Virus record (IMG/VR): IMGVR_UViG_3300028805_000037
Coordinates: 128,001 to 192,000 of that record
Direction: 5' to 3' (one strand)
DNA: 64,000 nt
From: a virus
Lineage: Duplodnaviria; Caudoviricetes
Shown: positions 1 through 10,450 of the stretch, one piece after another
Layout of the letters: the number at the start of each line of letters is the position of its first letter
Position numbering within the stretch: the first letter of the stretch is position 1
Position numbers and translations under genes: made by a program
Notes under the pieces: generated by a model
Seen by the model: only the letters and a program-made list of their open reading frames with translations
What the model was told of the DNA's origin: nothing
Databases searched by the model: none

Positions 1-715
<715 letters not shown>

Positions 716-741
716 ATAAGTGCCTCCTGGTATATTAATAA

Positions 742-770
742 ATTATATATAATTTAAAAAAATTTGTCAA
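742..770 (-). promoter_or_regulatory. sigma70-type promoter for groES-groEL
   Basis: TTGACA-17-TATAAT exact; the -35 overlaps the polA stop codon. Confidence 0.85.
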
Positions 771-3229
771 GCATTTTCTTGTTCAAATTCTGCAAAAATA
801 TCTTCATTTAAAATCTTATCCGCATCTTCATCAAACTCTACTTTATCTAAATGTCCCCAAGCTTCACCAATTTCAATATCACATCTAATAATTCCATGAT
901 AATTTGGAACAGGTTGTGTTACAATTTTCATCATTTCTTCTGATACTTGTTTTGCAATTGCTTTATCACATTGAACTATTATTGAATCATGGACAGTTAA
1001 TATTATTTGTGCTCCTACTGAATCTAAATATGGTTTTAAATTAATCATATTTCTTGCTGTGATATCTGCTACAGTAGATTGCATAGGAAAATTAGAAGAA
1101 ACTCTATTTGCATAGTTTCTTATACTTTGTAAAGGATGATTAAATAAATGAGTTAATCTTCTCTTTCTCCCAAATACAGTTTGTAAATAACCATTCGCTC
1201 TTGCTACTACAGGAATATTTTTTAACCAAGCAGCAGCTTTTGGATACATTCCAAAAAATGTAGTCTGAATTCTTTGTGCTTCTGTTTCTGAACATCCTAC
1301 CAATTTAGCTGCACCTTCTATAGATATACCATACATTAATCCAAACACAACTCTTTTTGCAAATGTACGAAGTTCTTTTGTTACATCTTCCGGTTTCATA
1401 TTCCACACTTTAGACGCAACTGTTCTATGTATATCTAATCCATTCTTAATATCATTTAACATCTTTGCATCTTGTGCATAAGAAGCCCACGCATTAAACT
1501 CTCCTTGAGATAAGTCACATTGTATCATAACTTTCCCAGGCTCTGGTATATAAAGATTTTTAATATTTTTTTCTCTAGGGATATTTTGAAGGTTAGGATT
1601 TGTTGATGACAATCTTCCAGAGTCTGTACCATGCAAAAGATAATTTGTATGAACTTTATTGTTATCATCTAATAATGCTTTCATACCTGTTATAAAAGTT
1701 GATGTTTCTGTTCTTATTTTTTTATAATCCAATATATCTTGTAATACAGAATGTTTTTTTGCATACTTAGATATAGTAGCTTTATCTGTAGCAGGGTTTC
1801 CAGATTCTGTTATTCTTAACACCTTACATCCTAATTTTGTAAACATTAAATCTGCTAACTGTTGTGTAGAATTTACATTAAATTCTAAATCACCTACTTT
1901 ACCTCTTATAACAGCTAACTTATCTTCTAATGCTTTTTTATTATTTCTTTCTATTTCTGCTAAATGATTTATATCAACTTGCACACCATCATATTCAACA
2001 TCTATTAATACTTTCTGTAATGGCATTGTTAATTTATTAAATACATCTAACAAGCCTTCTCTTTCAAGTTGAATATCAAACTTACTGTATAGTCTATATG
2101 TTGCTAATGTATCTAAGCAACAATATGTGCCAAGAACTTCTATCGGAGCTTTATACATATCATCTTTAGTTATTTTATTTTCTCTTAACCAATTATATAA
2201 TACAGACTCATAACCACCCATATCTGTAAATAAAACTGATAAAAGTTTTAATGTTCGCATACCATTTAAATTCTCATTAAGTAAATGAGAAGCTAACATA
2301 ACATCAAAACTTGCATTATTTATACGTCTAACATTTAAATAATGTCTTATAAATTTAAAATCAAATTGACCATTATATGCAATTTTAAGTGTCTCATTTG
2401 AGACAAACTTTTTTAAATCTTCCTTAATTAAATTTTCAGTTTGCTCATCCCAAAAAGAAACTATTTTATTATCTTCATATTTATGAATTGGAATATAATA
2501 AGAGTTCTCTTTATCAAGAGCAAAACCTATACCTATAATCTTATCTTTTAAAAAGTTTAACCCACTTGTTTCAATATCTATAACTGTTTTAGCTGATACT
2601 AAAAGCTTTGATAAAGCTTCAGTCAATAAACGCTTATCAGTAACAATAGTACAATTTGTTTGTTGCATTGGTGGTTTTATACCATCAATAAAATTTTTAA
2701 TAAACTCAAATGATTTATCTCCATAGCAACGGTATTGTGTTTTCAAATATAATTTATATATATCTAACATACAAAACGTGTCAATATTATATAAAGGACT
2801 CTTTATAATAGCTCCATATACATCAAATAACTTTGCTTTAATATCTCCAAGAAAATATTTTGTAGGTCTATCACCTACACAAACAACCAACTTTGGCTTA
2901 ACTTCTTCTAAAACTTTATTTAGATGATGTCTACAATTTTCATAATATTTCTTCTTTACAGGATTGTTTGTCAATTTAAAAGCTTGATCTTTTTTTGGCG
3001 TACCAGAAAAACAATGTGTCATATATGTTATAGCAATATCATCAAAAGATATTTTATACTTATTTAAATATTGTTTAAATAACTCCATTACAGGTCCAGC
3101 TGTAATACGATTCTCTAAGTCAGCTTGGTAGGTAGGAGTTTCAAATAAAAATAATACTTTAGCATTACTTCCGATATAGCTACCTACATTATTTTTACAA
3201 TCAAAATTACAAATGTTACATTGTTTCAT
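767..3229 (-). CDS. polA: family A DNA polymerase with N-terminal family-4 UDG-like domain and 3'-5' exonuclease
   Basis: ExoI DIETSG, ExoII YNGQFD, ExoIII YCCLD, GRLSSTNPNLQNIP, motif A DLSQGE, motif B RTFAKRVVFGLMYG, motif C VHDS. N-terminal CxxC...FETP...HC...EEVKPKLVVCVG. Confidence 0.95.
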   Translation of the reverse strand: MKQCNICNFDCKNNVGSYIGSNAKVLFLFETPTYQADLENRITAGPVMELFKQYLNKYKISFDDIAITYMTHCFSGTPKKDQAFKLTNNPVKKKYYENCRHHLNKVLEEVKPKLVVCVGDRPTKYFLGDIKAKLFDVYGAIIKSPLYNIDTFCMLDIYKLYLKTQYRCYGDKSFEFIKNFIDGIKPPMQQTNCTIVTDKRLLTEALSKLLVSAKTVIDIETSGLNFLKDKIIGIGFALDKENSYYIPIHKYEDNKIVSFWDEQTENLIKEDLKKFVSNETLKIAYNGQFDFKFIRHYLNVRRINNASFDVMLASHLLNENLNGMRTLKLLSVLFTDMGGYESVLYNWLRENKITKDDMYKAPIEVLGTYCCLDTLATYRLYSKFDIQLEREGLLDVFNKLTMPLQKVLIDVEYDGVQVDINHLAEIERNNKKALEDKLAVIRGKVGDLEFNVNSTQQLADLMFTKLGCKVLRITESGNPATDKATISKYAKKHSVLQDILDYKKIRTETSTFITGMKALLDDNNKVHTNYLLHGTDSGRLSSTNPNLQNIPREKNIKNLYIPEPGKVMIQCDLSQGEFNAWASYAQDAKMLNDIKNGLDIHRTVASKVWNMKPEDVTKELRTFAKRVVFGLMYGISIEGAAKLVGCSETEAQRIQTTFFGMYPKAAAWLKNIPVVARANGYLQTVFGRKRRLTHLFNHPLQSIRNYANRVSSNFPMQSTVADITARNMINLKPYLDSVGAQIILTVHDSIIVQCDKAIAKQVSEEMMKIVTQPVPNYHGIIRCDIEIGEAWGHLDKVEFDEDADKILNEDIFAEFEQENA

Positions 3230-3603
3230 TATTTCTTATTTCTCCTTTTCTTTGTTACTTTAAATGCTTCTTTTATTACTTTAGGTTGTCTTTTTCTATG
3301 TTCTTTACTTATTCCTCTATTTAAAAACGACTCTGATGGTACATCTGTAAATACATCTGTCTTCACTACTTTCTTTTCTTGCGCTACACCTAAAATCTTC
3401 TTACGTAAATATGTTTGAATTTTGGAGCAAGCTTCTTTTTTAACAAAGGTGAAATAATACTCCTTTCCTAATAGTTTACGATTTTTGTAATAAGTTGTCA
3501 ACTCCTGAAAACGCTTATCTTCGTCTAAGGTTTTCATATCATAATCTTCATTTACATAAACTACATAACCACGATTTAATTTCCTTACATCAATAATACG
3601 CAT
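3229..3603 (-). CDS. hypothetical basic protein
   Basis: 124 aa ORF translationally coupled in the operon. Confidence 0.7.
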   Translation of the reverse strand: MRIIDVRKLNRGYVVYVNEDYDMKTLDEDKRFQELTTYYKNRKLLGKEYYFTFVKKEACSKIQTYLRKKILGVAQEKKVVKTDVFTDVPSESFLNRGISKEHRKRQPKVIKEAFKVTKKRRNKK

Positions 3604-4349
3604 TATATACCTCCAACTTTAGATTCATTACCTTGTTTATAAATTGTTATTAAATTTGGCGCTTTCTCTTTTATACTATTATTATGTGTAATTAATATTA
3701 TTTGTCTATTATTCTTTTCACTAAATTGTCTTAAAAACTCACCAAACGCACTTTGATACTCTGCAGATATATTTGCTCCAACCTCATCTAATATAACTGG
3801 TCCTTGTATCTTTGGCTTACAAAACTCTAAAAATATTAAACGTAAACAAACAGATAAAACGTTTTTAACTCCACCAGCTTCAGATTGTAATATATCAGAC
3901 TCACCAGCATCTGATACTGTATAAAAATATGTATCTACACCCTTCTTTGTTTCTTCCATATGAATCTTAAACTTTATATTTGTATCTTGTAATATATCTT
4001 GCAAAGCAACTGTACACAAATTTTCTATTTTAGATAGCTGTGTTTGTGATATTTTAGATAAAGCTTTTATCAAAATTTTTTCATTATCTAAATCATATTT
4101 AACAGATACTAACTCTTTCTGTTTTGCTTCTAGTTCTTGCAATTGTGTATTATATATATTAAACTCTCCTTCACGTTTAGCTATATCTAAAAGAATATCT
4201 TCTATATATTTTTTTAATTTATAAACTTTATCTAAAACCTTTTTATCTACACAAAAAGGTTCTTTAGGTGTTACATAAGGTTGCTTAACTTCAAAATATT
4301 CTTCAAGAGCCTTTTTTGTTCTAGGCATTTTTGGCACTTTATTTGGCAC
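3603..4349 (-). CDS. Rad50/SbcC-like ATPase, C-terminal half
   Basis: Coiled coil, signature-like QSEAGG, Walker B VILDE, H-switch LITHN; no Walker A. Confidence 0.85.
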   Translation of the reverse strand: MPNKVPKMPRTKKALEEYFEVKQPYVTPKEPFCVDKKVLDKVYKLKKYIEDILLDIAKREGEFNIYNTQLQELEAKQKELVSVKYDLDNEKILIKALSKISQTQLSKIENLCTVALQDILQDTNIKFKIHMEETKKGVDTYFYTVSDAGESDILQSEAGGVKNVLSVCLRLIFLEFCKPKIQGPVILDEVGANISAEYQSAFGEFLRQFSEKNNRQIILITHNNSIKEKAPNLITIYKQGNESKVGGI

Positions 4350-4392
4350 TTTACACCTCTACATAATATATAAAATATACTATTTTAAATAA

Positions 4393-4421
4393 ATTATATA
4401 TAAATAATCTCATTTTGTCAA
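4393..4421 (-). promoter_or_regulatory. sigma70-type promoter for the SbcC C-half/polA unit
   Basis: TTGACA-17-TATAAT exact. Confidence 0.85.
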
Positions 4422-4500
4422 TAATAACCTTGACAAAAGTATCATAATTCACATTACAATGTAATAGAATTTTATGCTAAATTTTTAATTTGTATAAAAA

Positions 4501-5658
4501 ATGATACAACATTATACTTATAATTATCGTTTATATCCAACTAAAAAACAAAGTATTTTATTAGATAAACACTTTGGATGCACTCGCTTTATCTTTAACT
4601 ATTATTTAAATAAAGAACAAAATTATTATTTAAATAATAAAGAAAATATTGAAGCTAAAAGGGTTAAAGGATTTCTTAATTATTACGATAATGCTAAAGA
4701 TTTAACTAACCTTAAACAAACAACACTTTGGTTAAAAGAAGTTAATTCTCAAACTTTACAATCCACTTTAAAGAACTTAGAAAGTGCATATAGAGGTTTC
4801 TTCCAGAAACGTTCTAAGTTTCCAAGATTTAAGTCTAAAAAGTCTAGACAATCCTTTTGTGTACCACAGCACTTATCTATCAAAAATAATAGATTGTATA
4901 TTCCAAAGTTTAAAGAAGGTATAAAGATAAACCTTCACAGAGACTTAGTTGGAGATTTTGTAACAGCTTCAATAGTTAAAACAAAAACCAATAAATACTT
5001 TGTTAATATAACTGTTGAACTTGATATTAAAGAACTTCCTAAATTAAATACTGATTTAGGTATTGATTTAGGTATTAAAAATTTTGTTATAACTTCAAAT
5101 GGCGAGGTATTTGATAACAAACATTTCTTAAAGAAAGTGGAATCTAAATTAAAATTCTTACAAAGACAAGCTAGTAAGAAAGTTAAAGGTTCTAATAACA
5201 GAAAGAAAGTCAACTTAAAAGTAGCAGAGTTATTTGAATATATAATAAATTGTAAGAAAGACTATCTTCATAAAGTAAGCACTCAATTAATTCGTGAAAA
5301 CCAAACGATTTATATTGAAGACTTAAATATAAAAGGTATGCTTTCTAATCATCATTTAGCTAAAAGTATTCAAGAATTATCTTGGTACGAGTTTATAAGA
5401 ATGCTTGAATATAAAGCTAAATGGTATGGTCGATCTATAATTAAGATTGATCGATTCTATCCATCTTCAAAGACCTGTAATAACTGTGGCTACATTAAAC
5501 AAGATTTAACATTGAAAGATCGAAATTGGATATGTCCTAAATGTCACACAGAAGTTGATCGAGATTATAATGCAGCACTTAATATTCTTAAACAAGGCAG
5601 GAACTGTCTTGTAAAGCCTATGGAGCTGTCTAGTAATAACATAGAAGCTGTGAAATAG
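4501..5658 (+). CDS. tnpB: IS200/IS605-family RNA-guided nuclease TnpB (no TnpA)
   Basis: N-terminal YRLYPT HTH, RuvC GIDLG / IEDL / DRDYNAA, CxxC-CxxC zinc finger. Confidence 0.95.
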   Translation: MIQHYTYNYRLYPTKKQSILLDKHFGCTRFIFNYYLNKEQNYYLNNKENIEAKRVKGFLNYYDNAKDLTNLKQTTLWLKEVNSQTLQSTLKNLESAYRGFFQKRSKFPRFKSKKSRQSFCVPQHLSIKNNRLYIPKFKEGIKINLHRDLVGDFVTASIVKTKTNKYFVNITVELDIKELPKLNTDLGIDLGIKNFVITSNGEVFDNKHFLKKVESKLKFLQRQASKKVKGSNNRKKVNLKVAELFEYIINCKKDYLHKVSTQLIRENQTIYIEDLNIKGMLSNHHLAKSIQELSWYEFIRMLEYKAKWYGRSIIKIDRFYPSSKTCNNCGYIKQDLTLKDRNWICPKCHTEVDRDYNAALNILKQGRNCLVKPMELSSNNIEAVK

Positions 5659-5701
5659 GAAACTCTTTTAGAGTAATTCATTTTGCATTTGTTTGTGCCT
5701 C
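5592..5701 (+). ncRNA. omega-RNA scaffold (to ~5681) plus guide of tnpB 4501-5658
   Basis: ACAAGGCAG/CTGTCTTGT stem, CCTA...TGAAATAGG stem, short ACTC/GAGT end hairpin, TTCA end typical of IS605 right ends. Confidence 0.7.
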
Positions 5702-6106
5702 GTTTATAATATCTTCTAACCATTTACGTCTAGCATCGTCATGCATATCTTTTGTTTCTTCTAATAACATTTCCTCAAACCTTGCTAAATTAGATAAAGC
5801 TGTTCGCATTGCAGTATCTAAACGTTTTTTATATTCAACTATATTTTCTGGTGTAGCTTCTATATTTAAAGTCTTTTCACACTCATGTATTTCAGATTCA
5901 AGTTGCTGTAATTGAGCTTTCGTTGCATAACTTTCAGAAGTTAACTTAGTTATACGCTCAACAATTTGTTCATGTGTCATATTCTTTATTTCATCTAATC
6001 TGGCATCAACTTGTTTATCTATTTGTAATTGTTTCTGTTTTTCTTCAAACTTATCTACAGTTGCTCCAAATTCACGACCTTCTCTAGTAGATGCACTATG
6101 TGCCAT
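5678..6106 (-). CDS. coiled-coil protein in the sbcCD cluster
   Basis: 142 aa helical E/K/Q-rich ORF, GGAG SD. Confidence 0.75.
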   Translation of the reverse strand: MAHSASTREGREFGATVDKFEEKQKQLQIDKQVDARLDEIKNMTHEQIVERITKLTSESYATKAQLQQLESEIHECEKTLNIEATPENIVEYKKRLDTAMRTALSNLARFEEMLLEETKDMHDDARRKWLEDIINEAQTNAK

Positions 6107-6119
6107 AACTTATCTCCCT

Positions 6120-7040
6120 CTATTTAGTTAATTTCTTTGTTACATTCTCTAAACGTAATTTAACCATTTCAGCATACTTTGGGTCTACATTTAATTGTTT
6201 TATTATATGATCTAATATTCCATATATATCATTAAAAACTAAATCTGTATCTTTTAAAACGTCATTAAACGAAATATTTAATTCTTTAGTTTCTGCAACA
6301 GTATTTTTATTAATAAATATATTTTCTAATATAGGAATAAAAATATCTCTATAATCTAATTTTGTTCCGACTTTATTAAATACAGCTACATGTGGTTTAA
6401 TATCTTTTTCTACAATAGATGTTCTTATTAAAGGTCCTGTATTTACAAATAAATTATTATTTTCCATAATATAAAACGGTTTATGTATATGTCCACACAA
6501 AAATATTTTACCATTAAATAATTGCGCTAAATCTTTTATGAGTATATGTTCATAAGGTAAACTTATATCTGAAACTGAATTATGAGTTACTATTATATCG
6601 CAATCTTTAAATATTAAATAATCATCTACTTTATTAGATAACTGACAAGGCATAACTCCTATAAGTAAATCTGAAGGAAATTTATAAATTGCTTTATCAT
6701 ATAAAACATTTATACAACCAGAAGCTTCTAACGTTCCAATAAATGATTGTTTATAAGAATCTAAATTATATCCATAAATATCATGTGAACCCGGAACATA
6801 AAAGAAAGGTGATTTTAGTTTCTTTAGTATAGATATTACACTATTAAGTATTGATGGATCTGATGACCTCGGTGAATCAAATAAATCTCCACCCATAATT
6901 ATAAAGTCAGGTAACTCTTGATTACATATATCAACTAAAGAACTCAACTTGTTCAGTTGAGTTTTTATAATATCATCAACTCTACAACTAGGTTGATGAA
7001 AACATATATGCCAATCCGTTGTAAATATAAATTTACTCAT
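6120..7040 (-). CDS. sbcD: Mre11/SbcD-like nuclease
   Basis: DWH, GGDLFD, GSHD, THN, GHIH phosphoesterase motifs. Confidence 0.9.
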   Translation of the reverse strand: MSKFIFTTDWHICFHQPSCRVDDIIKTQLNKLSSLVDICNQELPDFIIMGGDLFDSPRSSDPSILNSVISILKKLKSPFFYVPGSHDIYGYNLDSYKQSFIGTLEASGCINVLYDKAIYKFPSDLLIGVMPCQLSNKVDDYLIFKDCDIIVTHNSVSDISLPYEHILIKDLAQLFNGKIFLCGHIHKPFYIMENNNLFVNTGPLIRTSIVEKDIKPHVAVFNKVGTKLDYRDIFIPILENIFINKNTVAETKELNISFNDVLKDTDLVFNDIYGILDHIIKQLNVDPKYAEMVKLRLENVTKKLTK

Positions 7041-8100
7041 TCTTACTCCATAAAGGTCGTTTACATGTTGGACATACTTTAGTTACTTGTTTGCCTAACT
7101 CAATAAAATCTTCTTGTTCTTTAAGTTCGAATTCTTTATTTTTAAAATCTTGTTTCAAAATTTCTAATCTATTTATTATATCATAATTTTCATAACATTT
7201 CAATAAAATATTATATGTATTTAATACATTATCTTGACAACTAATTAATCTTTTTAAATGTTCTCGTTTTGCATATAATAATAAAATATTATTTATACGA
7301 TTATAGTCTACAACTATCCCTTTTAAAGCAATTGTTTTTTTAATTAGTTTCTCACGCTTTTCATAAAATAATTTTAATTTTAAATATGAAGCCATCTTAG
7401 TAGCTAAATTAAATAAGTTCACATATTTAAGATTTATTGTTTCAAGAACTTTTAATAAATCATTTAAGTTATTTTGCAATTGTAATATAAAATTTTTATG
7501 TGATTCTAAATTATCATATTTCTTTAAAACTTCTTTTAATTCTACAATTGATTTTTCTATATTATCTAATGACTGTTTATTATCTTGAATTTCTTTTGTT
7601 AATTCACGGTTTACTGCATCTACTATATGTAATTGTGTTAACCTATTTATAAATTTTGTTTTCATCGGAGCAGACTTAGTTAATAAAAAATGTGGATCAT
7701 CTTGCATATGTATATTTATATTTTCTGAATAATCAGAGTCTATTACTAAAGGGAATACTCCTAATATTTGTTTGACCTCTACAGGAGCCTGAATACCAAA
7801 ATTATTGAATTCTTTGGATGTTCCATCAGGTTTTATAATAGTTATTTTATTTAATCCATTTCCTTTTTCTCTTATAACTTTAATTCCATTATCTAAAGTT
7901 ATTGATACTTTAACAGACTTTTCACCAGTTCTAATAAATGAATCTGACCATACATCATTAAACATAAAATTTAATGCACGTAAAACAGAACTTTTACCAG
8001 ATCTTGTTCTACCTGCAATACATACAAATCCACCATCTAAATTTATGATGGTGGATTTATGTGATTGAAAATTCTCTAATTCTATCTTAGTTAGATACAT
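7033..8100 (-). CDS. Rad50/SbcC-like ATPase, N-terminal half ending at the zinc hook
   Basis: IELENFQSH, Walker A GRTRSGKS, Q-loop, coiled coil, terminal CPTC. Confidence 0.88.
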   Translation of the reverse strand: MYLTKIELENFQSHKSTIINLDGGFVCIAGRTRSGKSSVLRALNFMFNDVWSDSFIRTGEKSVKVSITLDNGIKVIREKGNGLNKITIIKPDGTSKEFNNFGIQAPVEVKQILGVFPLVIDSDYSENINIHMQDDPHFLLTKSAPMKTKFINRLTQLHIVDAVNRELTKEIQDNKQSLDNIEKSIVELKEVLKKYDNLESHKNFILQLQNNLNDLLKVLETINLKYVNLFNLATKMASYLKLKLFYEKREKLIKKTIALKGIVVDYNRINNILLLYAKREHLKRLISCQDNVLNTYNILLKCYENYDIINRLEILKQDFKNKEFELKEQEDFIELGKQVTKVCPTCKRPLWSKNE

Positions 8101-9121
8101 TTAAAGCACCTAACAATTCTTTTTGTAAATTTTCATCTTCTTTAATTGCTTTGGTAATCTCTAATTTACCTTTATACTTTTGCCCATTATACTCATAAAT
8201 AACATTATTTGGATGTTGTATAATATTTGCTTTAAGACATTCAGTTAAAAGTTCACTAGCAGTATCTACACCAACAGATAAATTTTCTGGACCTATATCA
8301 AAATAAACATCAAACTCACATGACATTTTAGGTCTATACAACTTATTCTTTTCTGTAGTAACTTTAACTCTTTGTCCTGCTAAACCTTCATCTTTATTTT
8401 TTGGATCTTTATAATAAGTAAATTCTGCACCTGTACGTTTATAAACATAAACTTTTATTGCATCATAAAATGTTAATGCTTTACCACCAGTAGACTGATT
8501 TGGGTTACCAAACATAACACCTGGATTAGACCTTACTTGATTAATCCATATTAATGCTGTTTTATTTTTAGCTCCTAAAGCTGCATTTACTTTTCTTAAA
8601 CCTAAAGAAAGCATCCTTGCTTGCTCAGCAATTGCACTACCTTCTTCAAGTCCTTTATCTATCTGAGATTGTGGTGTTAATGCAGATATAGAATCTACTA
8701 CAACTAAGTCTACTTCTGCTTCTATAAACTTAATCACATCTTCTAAGAAAGACTCTCCAGATCTTGGAGAACCATCGACAGTTCCACTTACTAAAAGTTG
8801 ATTTGGATCAATTCCTAAATTTAAAGCCCAATCCCTTGTAAATGAATTCTCTGCGTCTATTAAAGCTGCTACACCACCATTCTTCTGAACTTCTTTAATT
8901 GCAAGATAAGCCATTAAAGATTTTCCAGAAGATGGATCTCCATATAGTTCTGTCATTCTTCCCATAGGATAACCACCACCAAGTATACGGTCAAGACCAA
9001 TTGACCCAGAAGGTAACCTAGGAACTTCTGGTTGATTATCTCCAACAATTAGTGTATTCATACCTTGCTTTTTTAAACTATCTAAAATACTTTTCAAGTC
9101 TTTAGCCATTTTTAACCTCAT
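8087..9121 (-). CDS. recA: RecA/UvsX recombinase (start may be 9109)
   Basis: LDRILGGGYPMGR, GDPSSGKS, IDAEN, VVDS, QARMLS, INQVR, GGKALTFY. Confidence 0.95.
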   Translation of the reverse strand: MRLKMAKDLKSILDSLKKQGMNTLIVGDNQPEVPRLPSGSIGLDRILGGGYPMGRMTELYGDPSSGKSLMAYLAIKEVQKNGGVAALIDAENSFTRDWALNLGIDPNQLLVSGTVDGSPRSGESFLEDVIKFIEAEVDLVVVDSISALTPQSQIDKGLEEGSAIAEQARMLSLGLRKVNAALGAKNKTALIWINQVRSNPGVMFGNPNQSTGGKALTFYDAIKVYVYKRTGAEFTYYKDPKNKDEGLAGQRVKVTTEKNKLYRPKMSCEFDVYFDIGPENLSVGVDTASELLTECLKANIIQHPNNVIYEYNGQKYKGKLEITKAIKEDENLQKELLGALNVSN

Positions 9122-9125
9122 AAAA

Positions 9126-9154
9126 TTCCCTTACCATATAATATAGTAAGGGAA
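9126..9154. terminator. hairpin between SSB-like gene and recA
   Basis: TTCCCTTAC...GTAAGGGAA inverted repeat. Confidence 0.5.
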
Positions 9155-9169
9155 GTATTTACTTTATAA

Positions 9170-9862
9170 TTATAGCTTACTACCAAAATCTACTTTTTTA
9201 ACCGGAGGCATAGTTCCAAAATTTTGATTTGTTGGATTAGTTACTCTCTGTCCCATATTAGGAGCAGGATTTATACTAGGTCCAGCATATGGTTGTTGTT
9301 GGAACTGTTGATACATACCATTTGGTTGATTATTAATTGGTTTAATTGATTGATAATTAACTTTCAATGGTGGTTGCTGTTGCTGAAACTGTTGCGATTG
9401 CTGTTGAGGTTCTGGCATAATCATATGTTCTTGTGGAAACATTAACGGTTCTGCACCTCGTGCATTAGGTGAATAAGGTAAATATTTATCAACCTTCAAA
9501 TATATATTACCTTTCTGACTTCTTTTTTTAGAAACCATCAAAAGAATTTTTGTTCCACCTTTTATCATATCAGTATTAAATGTTGCTAAATCAAAATTAT
9601 TTGTAGTATCAATACCTAACGATACAAGTAAACCATCTAATTTATTACCAGGTGCCCATGATGTAGAAGTAAATAAACTTACAAAAATCTTAATTTTATT
9701 TACTTCATCTAATGTGAACAACCATTTAATCTGTGGTCCATACTGTCCTTGTTCTTCACTACATTTTACAAATGATGCAGGATAAATTCCATCCTCTACA
9801 TAATTTAAATCTGGTCTTGGTTCGTTACTGTAATCTTTTGCTTCTTGCCTTGTTAAAATCAT
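9170..9862 (-). CDS. putative single-stranded DNA-binding protein with Q/P/N-rich tail
   Basis: Beta-rich OB-like N-domain, low-complexity tail, adjacent to recA. Confidence 0.55.
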   Translation of the reverse strand: MILTRQEAKDYSNEPRPDLNYVEDGIYPASFVKCSEEQGQYGPQIKWLFTLDEVNKIKIFVSLFTSTSWAPGNKLDGLLVSLGIDTTNNFDLATFNTDMIKGGTKILLMVSKKRSQKGNIYLKVDKYLPYSPNARGAEPLMFPQEHMIMPEPQQQSQQFQQQQPPLKVNYQSIKPINNQPNGMYQQFQQQPYAGPSINPAPNMGQRVTNPTNQNFGTMPPVKKVDFGSKL

Positions 9863-9896
9863 TTTTTACTCTCCTATGTTCAATTTATTATATATT

Positions 9897-9917
9897 ATCT
9901 GTGAGGTCCTCACAGAT
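9897..9917. terminator. hairpin
   Basis: ATCTGTGAG-GTC-CTCACAGAT. Confidence 0.5.
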
Positions 9918-9922
9918 TTTTT

Positions 9923-10450
9923 CTAATTTATAGTCATGCGTTCACGCACATCTGGATGTACTACCATAGACATCTTTATTAAATCAATCTGCTTTTCAAG
10001 TAAATCTTGTTTATTTTCTAAATCTTTTGCAATAGTAGAAATAACTTGATTAAAAACATTTGCTTGAGATAAGTTATCTTCTGCTTTTTGTAAATCTGCA
10101 TATTGATTTTGCAACTTAACAGCAGCAGCTGCTTCCCTTTTTTCTTTAGATGTTTGTGCTAAAACATCTGGATCAGAACTCATTGCAATCGCAAACTCTG
10201 TTCCATAACTAGATTTAGCATTATTTGCTAATCTTTGTGCATTAGATTTATTTTTTAATGCATGCAATAGTATATCTGTCATCCTTTCTTTAGCAGCTTG
10301 TATTTTAGATAACTGTTTATTTATTCCAGGAAATCCTAACTCTGCTATAGGATCTTCTACTAACTGAACTGTATCACGTAAACTCTTTGCTTCATTAATA
10401 TAATTTTCACAATCTTGATATGATAATAATTCTATATTTTCTAATTGCAT
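9923..10450 (-). CDS. UvsY-like helical recombination mediator (putative)
   Basis: All-helical 175 aa protein next to SSB-like gene and recA. Confidence 0.45.
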   Translation of the reverse strand: MQLENIELLSYQDCENYINEAKSLRDTVQLVEDPIAELGFPGINKQLSKIQAAKERMTDILLHALKNKSNAQRLANNAKSSYGTEFAIAMSSDPDVLAQTSKEKREAAAAVKLQNQYADLQKAEDNLSQANVFNQVISTIAKDLENKQDLLEKQIDLIKMSMVVHPDVRERMTIN

